Assembly (NCBI RefSeq): GCF_006345805.1
Contig: NC_042998.1
Location: forward strand, 115,506,001 to 115,570,000
Reading direction: 5' to 3'
DNA: 64,000 nucleotides
From: Octopus sinensis
Taxonomy: Eukaryota
Shown here: positions 39,969 to 53,597 of the stretch, piece by piece
Position numbering within the stretch: the stretch's first letter is position 1
Layout of the letters: the number at the start of each line of letters is the position of its first letter
Notes under the pieces: model-generated
Seen by the model: only the letters and a program-made list of their open reading frames with translations
What the model was told of the DNA's origin: nothing
Databases searched by the model: none
Program-made: the position numbers and the translations under genes

Positions 39969-40671
39969 GAGAGAGAGAGAAGAGAGAGAGAGAGAGATGT
40001 ATGTACGGATCTTTGTATGTATGCCTACAATGGCGAATTAATTAAAAGAGTCTCAAGGAATGAAATGTAAAATGTCATGTTTTTCTCCTTGTTTTTGTTT
40101 TTAGTTTACTTATGTTTGTTTTTTTTTTCAGCTTTCGTATGTTTTTTTTTTATTCAGTAGTTTTAGGAACTAAGTTTCTTAACAATAGCAAAATAGACAT
40201 ACACGTTTATTCTTGTTGTTGTTGTTTTCTTGTTGTTAATGTTAGTGTTGTTAATTTTCATGTTATTATCCATGTGTATTTTTTTAATTCACCCCCGCAC
40301 CCACACACACACACACACACACACACGTGTGTATGTGTGTGTGTATGCTTATTCCTGTTTTGCGGTGGGTTGAGGTATTACACTTTTCTATTTTTCACCG
40401 TTTGTATCGGAGTTCACAATTCTTGCTACAGACATTGAAATAATAAAGAAACATTTCCTTTTTCTTTGTTTCATTTCACATTTTTTTTTCTTTCATTGGT
40501 GTTTTATTTCTTTATTTAATTTTTTTCTTTTTCGTTGTCTTTATTTGTTTTATATAATCCTTCTTCGCCCGAAGATTACAAAAGATCTTTCGACGCTGTT
40601 TTTTGAAAAAGAAGACATTTTTCTTTTTATATTTATCTTACTGACATATTTAGATATATACAAAACTTACA

Positions 40672-40719
<48 letters not shown>

Positions 40720-41124
40720 TATATATATATTGTGTGTGTGTGTATATTATATGTGTGTATAGCATATGTGTGTATATATATATATGTATATATTTGTATG
40801 TATATATATATATATGTGTGTGTGTGTGTGAAAATATATATATGTATATATATGTGTCTGCGTATACACATACACACACACAATGCAGACACATTCAGTC
40901 ATTCAGTCAGTTTATGTATGCATTGTCATTGGGTATTTTCAAGTGCTTGATGTGGCACCAGAATAGTTTTTGGTGATGGCAAACTGAATTGTTCCTAGAA
41001 CTGTCCCTCATTCTACCGCCTTCTCATCCATCACACATTGTGTATATAAAAGAGCGAACTTTTTTTTAAAAAAACAATTGGCTAAAAAATGTTTGAGAAA
41101 AAATCTTCAAAGATAGTAGTTTTA

Positions 41125-41271
<147 letters not shown>

Positions 41272-41319
41272 TTACATACATACATACTTACATATATGTG
41301 TGTGTCTGTGTGTGTGTAT

Positions 41320-41500
41320 AGGGGGAGAATTCACAAAAAGACAAAAGACGAAGACAGGTGGTGTAGACAACAAATAGATGTATTAGTATAACGCTCGGGA
41401 AGTGAAAAAGTCTTTAACGTTTCGAGCCGACGCTCTTCCACAGAAAGGAACACAGAAAGAAACAAAGAGGGAAAATAAAGAATGTGTAGTGTTAGCGATC
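41320..41500 (-). mobile_element. Family P1 copy with the most intact HHR-like motif (41447-41412)
   Basis: Reverse complement CTTT-CTGTGGAA-GAGC-GTCG-GCTC-GAAACGTT-AAAG. Confidence 0.65.
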
Positions 41501-41521
41501 TATATGTAATATATATGTATG

Positions 41522-41556
<35 letters not shown>

Positions 41557-41602
41557 ACATATATATAGATATATATATATGTAGTATGTATGTATGTATA
41601 TA

Positions 41603-41645
<43 letters not shown>

Positions 41646-42701
41646 TATATATGTATATGTAAGTATGTATGAAGATATATATATATATAGATATAAATGG
41701 GGCTTTCATTTAGATATGTTGCATAAAAACACGACTGCTTTCAGGTCCATCAGTGTTTTTAGCTATCCTCACTATCATAATCTAGATGCAAGACGCTATT
41801 ATAATTTTTTTAAATATTTTTCATGCATAAACACATTTCTAGGCATATAACAGTTACAACTAATCGAGTTAGAACTCCTACGCTGATACTGAGAGACATT
41901 TGGGCGACCAAATCTGTCTGAATTAACAGTCTGCTGTAAATAAGGGAACTTCCATTAGCTTTTGTATTTGGTTTGCAAGATTCTAGAGGTGAATTCGTCT
42001 GTTGAAACAAATCATGTAGTGTCTTGGAAAGGTAATTACACCAATAATAATAAAGATACGCACTGGTTCGATAGCACTACTTTATTGCTAGTCAGTCGGT
42101 TCAATATCCAACCAGCCAACTAACTGATCGTTTTTTTAATGTGTTGTTTGAACAATCAATTGGTTGTTTGAGTATGAAAATCCTTTCAGAGCTATTCGCG
42201 ACCTCATCAAATTACATGCCCTATTTCTTCAAGGTCTACCTTGAATCTCATTAGTTATTCTATCTCTGGAAACAAATTTCGAACAAATTGTTTCTAAAGT
42301 TAACGCATTTGACCATAGGCTGTATAAGAGCTTATGTGGGTGTAGTCAACAACAACAACAACAATAACAACGACGACGACGACGACAACGACAACTACAA
42401 CGATACCATACAATATATGCCAGTGCCCGTGCAAAACACTGACGGCTAGTCTTGACCAAAACAACTTGCCTACGTACAGGGTCAAATCTATTTCCATACA
42501 AAATAAAATTTCATCTGGACCAGTTTTTACAAACAGCCTGGATCAGATAACAAATTCTAAATCTCGTGGTCATGTTCATTAATCTCTAGGATTGCTGCAG
42601 ATTAACGCATTCTGGATCCAGTGATCTGATATTAGTAAGAAAGGGACTCGATTTCCAAGCATGATATATACAACAAAGTAAGTAAAGTATATAATATGTA
42701 T

Positions 42702-42732
<31 letters not shown>

Positions 42733-42735
42733 GAC

Positions 42736-42805
<70 letters not shown>

Positions 42806-42810
42806 ACTAT

Positions 42811-43525
42811 ATAACTTAGAATAACTTAGAAAGGTTTTGGCCTGTATTGGCCCAGGCCATGTCTAACTAATAGCACCACCTGGCGAAGTCTTTCAATTCA
42901 GGATTTGGGCACCGAGGCCCATTCGAGCAGAGAGTTATTGTTTGCGGAGACATATCGGGTGGTGTGGGTGGTTTGTCTGGGACTCTTTGAAGAATTTGTC
43001 CAAGACTTCTTGAATTTGTGTGGTCAGTTCTGTTTTGACGTGTCCTGGTTGTAACGTTGAAGAGAGCGGGTCCAATTGAGGTGAAATAATTGTGCCGTAT
43101 TGTCGTTATGTGATGCGATTTGGATTTTTGTTGTGGACGGATGGCACGGGGTCCAAGCATTGGATGTATTTTGAAGGTGATGCCAACATCATTCGGACAG
43201 TGCTGATGGAATATTTTTCACATCATACAGATAATGTAGCGTTCACGGCGTCGCTGGAGTGAATACAGTTTCAGCTTCTCTAGTCTACCCCAGTAGTCAA
43301 GGTCTGACATGCCATCTATTTTTTTTGTGATTGGCCTTTGCCTTCGAATTTGTTTTGTGTAAATCATTTAATAATGCCTTGAAAGTCTTCCCTGGGTATG
43401 TTTAGCAGGCTGTGAAAAAATGAATCCTGCTTTTGTCTCTATTTCCTTGAATAATTCTCACAATAGTTGTGCTTCTTGCTTTTTACTGACATGTGGACAT
43501 ATGCGGGCGCTTATAACTCGGGCAA
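42811..43525 (-). mobile_element. 5'-truncated CR1-group LINE (RT C-terminus, 3' end, short tandem tail)
   Basis: DYWGRLEKLKLYSLQRRRERYII...GPRAIRPQQKSK...NYFTSIGPALFN...VPDKPPTP; tail (TCTAAGTTAT)2 at 42811-42830 next to (TA)n. Confidence 0.85.
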
Positions 43526-44064
43526 ATGTTAGTTTTATTATGTTTTTTTAATTGTCATTCTTTTCATTATGGCTGTCGTCTCTCTTTTCTCTCGCTTTCT
43601 TTTCTCTTTGTTTTCTTGCTATTATTACTACTCTTGCTTTTGTCAGTGTTATAGCTTTAGCATCTTTACGTGTTTCTTTTTTATAATTACAATTTTAATT
43701 TATTTGTATTGTAAATATTTAATCAGTTGCGTAGTTCTTGTTTCAGTATACGAACTATTTTCTTGTAATTTAATTTTTTTTTTCTTTATGACATATAAAA
43801 GATTTTAATTCTTATACAAAAAAGTAGGAAGCCTTTTTCCACCGTTCACCACAGGTGACGTGTTGAAAAGAATATTTGACACAAAGGCAGAAGCAAATAA
43901 AGTCTATAAACCAGCGATTAATCATATTCGACAGTGAATCTGCCAGCCAAACGGTGTCTCTCTTTCAGATGCAATGTAGTATGTTATTTCTTGTAGTTGC
44001 TTCGTCTCAAATGTAGAGGCAATATTCAACTGAGGGTCTTCCTATGACCTTTCAGAGCTAGTAG

Positions 44065-44357
44065 TAAGCAGTGCGCACTCTAAGCGAACTGCGGCAATAG
44101 CTCATATGTTGATGACAGTCACACCGTTCTTTCCGTTGAGATTTGACTTCAAGAAATGTTTGAAGCGCTTAAATATGCAGCGGTGAACTTGTCTTTCATT
44201 TGTCTGAACAATATATTGTCTAGCTCCAGGATCTCAAGGTACTTGTACTCACCATCATCCAAATTTCCAATTAGTTCTCCGTTTGGCAATTCTATGTCCT
44301 TGCAATCTGCTCTTTTCCCACCGTTTCAAAGTGAGCACCTTGAGATCTATGGTCGAT
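44065..44357 (-). pseudogene. R4/Dong-clade LINE reverse-transcriptase fragment
   Basis: KVLTLKR(G)KRADCKDIELPNGELIGNLDDGEYKYLEILELDNILFRQMKDKFTAAYL..KSNLNGKN..VINI*A, typical of R4/Dong RT domain 7 and thumb. Confidence 0.75.
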
Positions 44358-45117
44358 AAAATATGAGTATATGCATATGTATGACTGCGATTTATACAAA
44401 TGAATACACAATCTGTAAATGTCGTGCAAATAATAGCAATAACCGACAATTCAACACACATGTAACTGTGCACTAGATATCATTACCATGAGACAATGCA
44501 CACTCCCTCCAAATGGATAACATCGTTATAGTGGACTATACATTCGTTCTAAATGCACAACTTCATTATAGTCGACTATACACACTCCCTTCAAATGCTT
44601 AAGCGTGTGTCTCTATCTGAAGTCATTACTCGTATTTTTATTAACATTGCTTTTGTTTTAATATCAGTTGTTTTTATTTTGTTATTACTGTTATCATTGT
44701 TGTTGCTGTTGTTGCTGATGTTACTGTTACTCTTGTTGTAGTTGTTGCTGTTGTTCTTGTTGTTGACACTGTATTTGTATTTTTTTTCCTCTGCTCACAT
44801 GATATCATACAATAGACAATTTCACTTGAGGTGAAATTTGCGAGATCTTTTGTCTCCAGTTGTATTTCGTTTCATCTTTTTCTCTTCCTTTAAATTCATC
44901 GTCTTTTTCTTCTCTTGTTTTCTTTCGTTATATTTGCTTCATGGTAATAAGTGTTAATCAAGTAGGATGTCAGTAATTACATTGTGCCTAATTAATTAAT
45001 CGAGTCATTAGTTGGCTACGGTCGGAATCGTATCGGAGCCAGAGAAGGGAGGGAGAGGAAGAAGGTGAAGAGAAGAAAATACATGTGTGTGTGTGTATGT
45101 GTATGTATGTGTATGTA

Positions 45118-45155
<38 letters not shown>

Positions 45156-45879
45156 TGCGTGTGTGTGAATGTCTGAGTATGTCAGTGTGTAAAGGAAAAT
45201 ATTTGCTTTGAAAACTAATCAAACTGATGGATATATAAGTGTGCATGTGTAAATATATCTATGAGCGTACAATTCTATATGCATGTATGCACGTTTGAAG
45301 AGGTTTGTATATACGATATCTTGATAGATGCATACATATACAGGCACATACATAATTAACATACACATATACATACACAAGCACACTTGTATACATATGT
45401 GTGAATGTATGTGTGTGTATCTTCCTGTATAAAAATGCAAGTATATAAGAAATATCCACACACACACATAATATATGTGTGTGTATATATATATATATAA
45501 TATATATATATATTAAAATTATAAATTAGGGTATCTAAGAGATACCACCACGCAGGAAATAGCAACCAAAACTTGACTCTAAAACCAATGAAATGTTCAT
45601 AGAGCACCAGGAGAGAAGACAAACAGACAAAATAAACTAGCAAAACAATTATTGGATAGATTTGCCTGTTATTTCCAGCATGGTGGTATATCTTATATAC
45701 CCTAAATTATAATTTTAATAATAATTATTACCTTTGAAGGTTTTTTTTTTTCCATGCTGGCCAACTAAGATCGGTATTTAAATAACGATCTTATCCTTAT
45801 ATATATATTTTATACATATACGCTCAAACACACATACTCACGCGAACACAAAAGCACATGCACACACGCTCACTACATG

Positions 45880-45947
<68 letters not shown>

Positions 45948-45953
45948 ATTTAA

Positions 45954-46075
45954 CCGGCACTCCGTCGGTTACGACGATGAGGGTTCTAGTCGATCTGATC
46001 AATGAAAGAAGCTGCTCGTGAAATTAGCGTGCAAGTCGCTGAGCAATCCACGCGCATGCTTACCCTTAATGTAGT
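45954..46075 (-). mobile_element. 3' fragment of family B' SINE
   Basis: Reverse complement of the 3' end of the 62031 copy. Confidence 0.75.
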
Positions 46076-46419
46076 TAACAGGTTTTAAATACTTTTGAAA
46101 ACCAACCTCCTGAAACCACCTTTTAAATCTTCGGAAAAGTATATTTAAAATATTAGCGTCCTTATTTTGCCCTAAGTAAATGCGCCTTCATAGATTCCTG
46201 TAGACTCCTGACTAAGAAATTTCCCTACCATTTATTTCGTTTCCTAATCTTCAATTATAATTCCACTTACATCTAGGATGTATTGTAGTAATGTTTTTCA
46301 AAAGAGAAATGATCAGTTGAACGATTAAGAATTATAAAAAAATCTGTTTGAAATACCTTATATTGGCTATATTTTCATTGCGTTTAATACGAAATTCCCT
46401 TCGATGAAGCATATCTATG

Positions 46420-46678
46420 TGGAGGCGCGTGGCTTAGTGGTTAGGGTGTTAGAATCATGATCGTAAGATTGCGGTTTCGATTCCTGGAGCGGGCGACGCG
46501 CTGTGCTCTTGAGCAAAACATTTCATTTCGCGTTGCTTCAGTCCACTCAGCTGGCAAAAATGAGTAACGCTGAGATGGACTGGCATCCCGTCCAGCTGGG
46601 GAACACATACGTCATTGAAACAGGGGAACCGGGCCCATGAGCCTGGCTAGGCTTTAAAAGGGCGCATTTATTTATTTT
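46420..46678 (+). mobile_element. Full-length family B tRNA-derived SINE with 13-bp TSD
   Basis: A box TGGCTTAGTGG, B-box-like GGTTTCGATTCC, GATGGACTGGCATCCCGTCCAG (V-domain-like), (TTTA)n tail; TSD AAGCATATCTATG at 46407-46419 and 46679-46691. Confidence 0.92.
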
Positions 46679-48234
46679 AAGCATATCTATGATGAATGAC
46701 GTTCTAACTGTGACCATCTTGTTTTCTTTTCAGTCTATTGTACATAATATTAGATACTGATTGGTGGATAATTTTAGCTGCTATTTCTATATCATCGAGA
46801 TAAAGGTCAGTGCTACACATAAAGTAATAGACTGTTATAATATCCCAAGTCTTAAATAATTTGTTCTATCCTATAACAGTTAATTGTCAGCACATATCAG
46901 AATTTATCGCTGCAATGACAATAAAGTCTACAATATAACTGGCCACTGATTTTATTTATGACAAAAGATTCTTCATAGTTAACCACGTGTATATACGTAC
47001 ATACACAAACACACTCATGTGTGTGTGTGTGTGTGTGTGTTTGTGCGTGTGTGTGTATTATGTATGTGTATGTTTGCGTGCGCACGCGTGTGTAAGTTTG
47101 TATATTTATGTACGTATGAAAGAGTTGATCTGAATTAACCTGGACAAGCCAGTTGATTGTCCGAATGGTGATTTAAGCAATCGATTAGTTATTTGATTTA
47201 AAAGTTGACTGGTGATGATAAAAGAAGTGAAATATAACCAGTAGTGAGTTACTTATTAGCATAATGGCCGTCCCAAAATATCATAACGAAGTTGTGAGAA
47301 TTGAAGAGGGGACGGACAAATTGTCATTTGAAACATGCATAACTTACTTTCCAGCGCCGTAGAGATGAAGAGATTCATGGTGTGTTCGAGGCGTTTTTTG
47401 AGAAAGGGAACAGGATCAGATCCCTTTTGCTTGCTATATTGACTTATATTTGTTGTGTTGCTTTCTGATTGGGTTCATTTAATTGGCATCTACCTATTCG
47501 TCTCGGGTTCTTTTATATCATTTACTTGAGTCAGTGTAAAACATTTACTTTTTTTTTTACAATAGCTTAGAAGTTTTTAAAATAATTAACTTTTTTCATT
47601 TTTCATACAATTTTTATAATTCATTTTTGGTTTAGTTCTGTTTCAATAACAGTTGTATTTTCATCTGAAAAAGCGTTGCCAGTAAAACGAGTGGATTAGC
47701 AAGAAAATGCAGGCGTCGGAAAGGTAATATCCTTAACTAATTAAAGGTAGAAAAGTAAAGAACAATAAGAAGTGGAAGCTTAAGAATATTATGGCTGAAG
47801 AAGATAATGAAATAAAATAATATATGTCGTTTTCAGTTACATTCATATGTAGAATTATATCCATCTTTAGGTTCCGACTTCCCTTATGAAGAAAAATCTA
47901 TATGTGGTTTCCTACATATACTCCCTATAAAATAAAATGCGGTGGATAGTGGGAGAGTTGATGTTCTCATATGTGGTGGCGAGCATGTAGCCTGTCTTAC
48001 AATTTAGAAATGTTCTGCTAGGTATCCTGTCATAATTTTCCAATGGTAACACACTTCAGCATATAGGAATGTGAACACATCTAGGCGAGAAGCGTGATGA
48101 GGATGCACTTTAACTTGCCTAGTAATAGTAAAATCATTTGTAGAAACAGATGCGTTTGTATTTTTGGTGGACCATTATGCTAATAAGTAACTCAGTACTG
48201 GTTATATTTCTGTTATATTATCATTATCAGTCAA

Positions 48235-48467
48235 AGGCTGCGAGGTGGCAGAATCGTTAGCACGTCGGGCGAAATGCTTAGCGGTATTTCGTGCTGCCGT
48301 TACGTTCTGAGTTCAAATTCCGCCGAGGTCGACTTTGCCTTTCATCATTTTGGGGTCGATAAATTAAGTACCAGTTACGCACTGGGGTCGATTTAATCGA
48401 CTTAATCCGCCTGTCTGTCCTTGTTTGTTGCCTCTGAGTTTAGCCCCCTGTGGGCAATAAAGTACTA
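48235..48467 (+). mobile_element. Full-length family A SINE with 21-bp TSD
   Basis: TSD TATATTATCATTATCAGTCAA at 48214-48234 and 48468-48488. Confidence 0.95.
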
Positions 48468-49110
48468 TATATTATCATTATCAGTCAACTTGTTAATCAA
48501 ATAACTTAACGGTTTCTTAAATAATCATTCGGTCAATCAACTAGCTTGTCCACGTTAATTCAGATTCAATTCTTTCATTCATAAACAAATATGCAAATTT
48601 ACACACATTGCGCATGCATTAATGCCTCGATATGCGAGTTAATTTGTTCCCAGAGACCGCTGGTAAAACAAAATAATAGTTTCCCATACTAGCAATGTTA
48701 TAAATCGTAATTCGTTCACAGGAAAATGTTTTACCAATAAAATTTATTATACTCGTAAATAAATGGCAATAAGACAACATTACAATGTAAACAATATTCT
48801 ATGTAAAGTAAAAGAATATCAAGATCATTTATGATAAAAATACCATTATTATAATCATTGTCTTAATCACTTTCACCCGTATTAGACTCGTGCCCACCAT
48901 CACTTGTAAACTCGATCGCCGATTCACAAGCACTCGTAGACCTACTTGTAGATTTCTTTTTAAAAAACAAGTCTAGAGTTGTTTGCTTAGAAGAAGCGCT
49001 TTTTCACTCCCTATAAATTCCTCGGTAACAACCCTTCATTCAAAATTTGGGTCTTGTACTTGAAAAATAAAATTTGTAAACCCAGGTCCTCGTAAAGTGA
49101 GGTATTGCCG

Positions 49111-49141
<31 letters not shown>

Positions 49142-49695
49142 GTATAAAGACACCAATGCACATATTTATATATACTACTCGTTATGTACCAAAGATCTGC
49201 TCGATATTAAATACCCTCTGAGCTACTGCTTTCCTAAATCTTCAACAACAAGCCAATGTTGGAACCGGTACGTGGTCGTTCGATGTCCCAAAATTAAGAG
49301 CTACCGGCTTAAAATCGGGAGGAGGCGATGCAGTGTAGTTCAAGAAGAACGGGCGTGACTGAACCATTAAAGAACGAGAATATGAACCCGAGAATCTTTC
49401 CAGTAGGCATATATTAAACATAGCAAGCACAAATACATTGACATGTAATGTATATGCAATATAATGAATTGAAAATCTTCAGATAACAGAGAGTGTCTTC
49501 TTATTAGTGGGAAAATACTACAATCCACAGATCGTCCACTTACGGCTTGGATAATTTCAGCTGATCGAAGTTTTTCAAATCACCTATATTATATGTGCGA
49601 GATTCTGTCCTGCTTGTAGTTAGTAAGGCGAAAGATTCCTTTGTAGCACTTTAATCAAAAATTTTTGACAGAAAAGAGATACTCATCCATTAATA

Positions 49696-49840
49696 CAGCG
49701 GTCCACAGCCTTTTTTTCTTTTCTGTTGCGCCACTGGTGTGTCTCGTGGAAGACAATTTTCGACGGACAGGGGTAGCACGTGCATTATAAAACACACACA
49801 TAATGTATAATTAAATTATTACATATAATATAATATATGA
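49696..49840. mobile_element. hAT/Charlie (MER1-like) terminal fragment
   Basis: CAGCGGTCCACAGCCTTTTT...TCGTGGAAGACAATTTTCGACGGACAGGGG resembles the MER1/Charlie3 terminus as recalled (CAGCGGTCCCCAACCTTTTTGG...TTTCGTGGAAGACAATTTTTCCACGGACC). Confidence 0.6.
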
Positions 49841-49842
49841 TA

Positions 49843-49886
<44 letters not shown>

Positions 49887-50129
49887 CACACACACGTACA
49901 CACACACACACGTACACTTGTATATTATATAGGCATGGTAAAATCCACGCTGTGTCCTCTTGAATTAAATCTAATTATTCCAGTATTATAACCCAGAATG
50001 AAATAGTCGTTGTATAAATATGAAGTAGATATAAGAGTTGAAAATTCTAGAAATATTGTTTACAGAGTTTTCCAAATTGTTCTTTTGTTTTATATATATA
50101 TATATATATAATATTTATATATATATATA

Positions 50130-50505
50130 CTGTTTACATCAGAGTGACTTTCTCCTAGGTGAATTGCTTTACCTAGTGGAAGGCTCCATCAACCCCGGCG
50201 CTGCGCCGAAAGGATGTCAAAGCGGGCACCGGACCATCTGAGGAACTCGGCTCCTTGGTTTGATGTCAAGATTGACTCCCCTTTACTTTTACAAGGCACT
50301 CAAAAGGCAGTGAGGGTTTGTGCTTGGATTTTCTACCCTAACATGTCAATTGTCTCAAAGCTGGGATCCTGATAGGTACTACTACTTCGGATCAGAGTAG
50401 AACTGGGAACAATAATGGCTAATAGATGGTTCCATTCTCCCTAAATCCTTGGAACTCCCAAGCTAGAGCACCACTGTCGGATGCGGTTTGACCTCATACC
50501 CTGAA
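50130..50505 (-). mobile_element. GC-richer repeat, partly resembling an RTE-type 5' UTR
   Basis: Minus strand GCAATTCACCTAGGAGAAAGTCACTCTGATGTAAAC resembles the recalled RTE 5'-UTR motif CAGTCTAGGAGAAGGAAAACTCTGA. Confidence 0.35.
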
Positions 50506-50820
50506 CCAATGGTTGGTGATCCGTACATAACTGAATCTTGAAACAACGTACTTATTGATTGTAAGGTAACCAAATTCTTAATTACAACAGATCCTCTCTA
50601 AATACATGTATATATCAAAATATATACTTAAAACTTTCCTTTTTATATATTTTTCTGTCTGGGGAGCGTGATTTTCTTTTTGTGCCTTATAATGTAACAC
50701 ACTCACCGGTAAAATTTGCCCTTTTTCTGATTTTTATTTTCGTAAAACTTTCATTGCGTCTTGCAACCTTTTCAATAGTCTTGACTCTGTCATTATATTC
50801 TAATATTTCTTTTCATTTTA

Positions 50821-51040
50821 CCTATTTCTTTACTACCCACAGAGGAAACAAACAAGGACAGACAAACGGATTACGTCGATTATATCGATCCCAGTGCGTA
50901 ATTGGTATTTAATTTATCGACCCCGAAAGGATGAAAGGCAAAGTCGACCACGGCGGAATTTGAACTCAGAACGTAACGGTAGACGAAATACGGCTACGCA
51001 TTTCGCCCGACGTGCTAACGTTTCTGCCAGTTCGCCGCCT
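50821..51040 (-). mobile_element. Full-length family A SINE
   Basis: Head to GAAATAGGTA tail. Confidence 0.9.
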
Positions 51041-51347
51041 TCATTTATTTTCATTTTACTTTCATCAATCACGGTACAGACTCAGGTTCCAGATCTTTTC
51101 AGAGGTCATGTTTTTCCTTTCCGTTCCTAAATTGTTATCATAAAATCTATCATTTTATGCTAGTTATATAACAATGAATTCTTTCTGTCGTTGCAGCGAC
51201 GTCTTCCGTTAATTCATTTATAATATTTTCACCATTAAAAAATGTTTGCCACCTTTTTTCTATATTTTATTTATTTTATGCTATTGATTATTTATTGAAT
51301 TATTTATATGCTTAATTATTGATATGATGTATTAGTGTGACTGTGAG

Positions 51348-51378
<31 letters not shown>

Positions 51379-52214
51379 TGTGTGTGTGTTTGTGTCTGTG
51401 TATGTGCGTATCTGTTGGCGTGTACATGCTGTGTACATGGATGTATGTATCTGAGTATGTGCATCTGTGTGTGTGTTTGTATAAACGCACAAACATATAT
51501 GTATGTGCGTGCGTGTGTGTGTGTGTGTATATGTGTTTACCTCTAAGTATGTATCTGCATGTGTATCTTCGTGTATGTATGTGAGTGTACTTGTGTGTTT
51601 GGATGTGTGAGAATGTGTGTGCATGTGCGTGTGTGTGTTTGTGAATGTGTGTGTGCATGCGAGTGTGCGCGCGCGTGTGTGTGTGTGCGTGCGAGCGTGT
51701 TTGTGTGCGCTTTGTGAATTGATAAATCATAAATGGTTTCTTCTTAAAGCAAAACCGTAAAATAATAAAACCAACGGTGGTGTCGATGAAATCAAGTGAA
51801 TTGCAAAAACAAAAACAAAAAAAAAGAAAAAAAGCCAAATTGATTTTCTTTTCACCGCATAAAAAACAGAAAAGGGAGGATTAAATAGAAATTCATTTTT
51901 AAAAAATGAATATATCATGAAAAAAATTCCTGTTTAAATGGGGATATTCAAATATAAAGAACAATGCTTGATTTAATAACAATCATAAAATGCTATTGTT
52001 TAGCGAATGGAGATGTTAATAAAAGCGTTTTAGTAACTTAGTTGCGGTTAGCCCCAGGAAAAGCCTGATTGTGCAGACTTATAAACTGAGGTTTTCCATT
52101 CGGGATCATCCCGATCGAAGATGTTCCAATACTCGATAATCCTCCCTTTTTTTGTCTTTTTTCTTTTATAGACAGTGTACCTGTAATGTTACCTTTCAAT
52201 ACATCATTATATAA

Positions 52215-52640
52215 AACGGTAAGGCTGCGAGCTTGTAAAGTCTTTAGTACGCCGGACAAAACGCTTAGTGGCATTTCGTCCGTCTTTAAATTCTGATCTC
52301 CAATTCCGCCAAGCTCAATTTTATCTTTCACCCTTACGTGGTCGATGAAATAAGTACCAGTTAAATACTAAGGTCCATGTAATCAACTATCCCACCCCAT
52401 TTAGAAACTACTGGCTTTCTACCACAATTGGAAACCATTATCCTATAACACCGCAGAAGGCTGCAAGTTGCTAGTTCTTCCGGATCTTTACGTTCTGAGT
52501 TCAAATTCCGCTGGACTCAAGCTTACCATTCTTCCTTGCCGTGGTCGATAAAATAAAAGTACTGGTTGCCCAATGGAGATGATAAAATCGAGAACACTAA
52601 CCTCATTAGATATTGCTGGCATTGTGCCTAAATTTGAAGA
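52215..52640 (+). mobile_element. Two decayed family A SINEs
   Basis: Degenerate heads and central domains. Confidence 0.65.
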
Positions 52641-52780
52641 AAAGAAGTTTGCTTCCCAACCAAATATTTCCTGGTTTAGTCTAATTGCGTGGAATCTTGG
52701 GCAAATGTCTTTTACTATAACCTCGGGCCGACCATAGTCTTTTGAGTGGATTTGGTAGATCAAAACTAAACGAAGCCTGT

Positions 52781-52971
52781 TTTACTTGTTTCAATCATTT
52801 GACTGCAGCCATGCTGTAGCACCTCCTTTAGTCGAACGAATGAACCCCAGAACACTTTGAAAGCCTAGTACTTATTCTATCAATCTCTTTTGCCGAACCG
52901 CTAAGTTACGGGGACATAAATACACCAACATCGGTTGTCAAGCGATGATGGGGTGACAAACACACACACAA

Positions 52972-53012
<41 letters not shown>

Positions 53013-53167
53013 CGATGGGCTTCATCTAGTTTCCGCCAACCAAATCCACTCATAAGGCTTAAATCGGCCCGAGGCTATACTTAAAGACACTTGCCCAAAG
53101 ACACCTGCGCAGTAGGACTGAACTCGGGGCCATATGGTTGGAAAGCAAGCTTCTTACCCCGCAGCCA
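52781..53167 (-). mobile_element. C/D composite SINE
   Basis: Tail + (CA)n(TA)n + head. Confidence 0.82.
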
Positions 53168-53199
53168 TTTATGTATGTGTGTGTGTGGTTATGTGTGTG

Positions 53200-53500
53200 T
53201 GTGGATGCGCGTCCCACTACTGTTTGACAACCGGTGTTGGTGTCTCTTTTCGTCCCCGTAACCTAGCGGTTCGACAAATTAGACCGATAGAATAGGTACT
53301 AGGCTTACAAAGAATAAGTCCTGGGATCGATTTCTTCGGATAAAAGCCCTTTGAGGCTGTGCTCCAGTATCGCCGCAGTCAAATAACTGAAACAAGTAAA
53401 AGAAAAAAGAGAGGAAGCACTTGGGTCGATTCGATCGATTACAAATTCTTCAAGGCGGTGCCCTAGCATGGCCCCAACCTAATGAGTGAAACAAAGTAAA
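53200..53500 (+). mobile_element. C/D SINE tail with a second tail fragment
   Basis: GACAACCGGTGTTGG...GAATAAGTCCTGGGATCGAT...GACTGAAACAAGTAAAAGA. Confidence 0.78.
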
Positions 53501-53597
53501 AAATAAAAGATGAAATTATATAACGAAAGTTATTTGATGGAGATTTTGGTTGCGATTTTTAGCAGGCTCAACGACCACATATGGTGTCCATCAAGGT

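Noticed and set aside
41979-42030. 52-nt exon candidate ILEVNSSVETNHVVSWK
   Set aside because: Plausible splice sites, but no recognisable protein and no way to link it to other exons
46420-46490. tRNA gene
   Set aside because: A/B boxes are present, but I see no acceptor-stem cloverleaf; it continues into a SINE body flanked by a TSD
50745-50790. Possible U3-A8 hammerhead variant on the minus strand (TTGAAAA-G-GTTGC-AAGAC-GCAAT-GAAA)
   Set aside because: Stem I does not pair and stem III is poor in this copy; needs a family consensus
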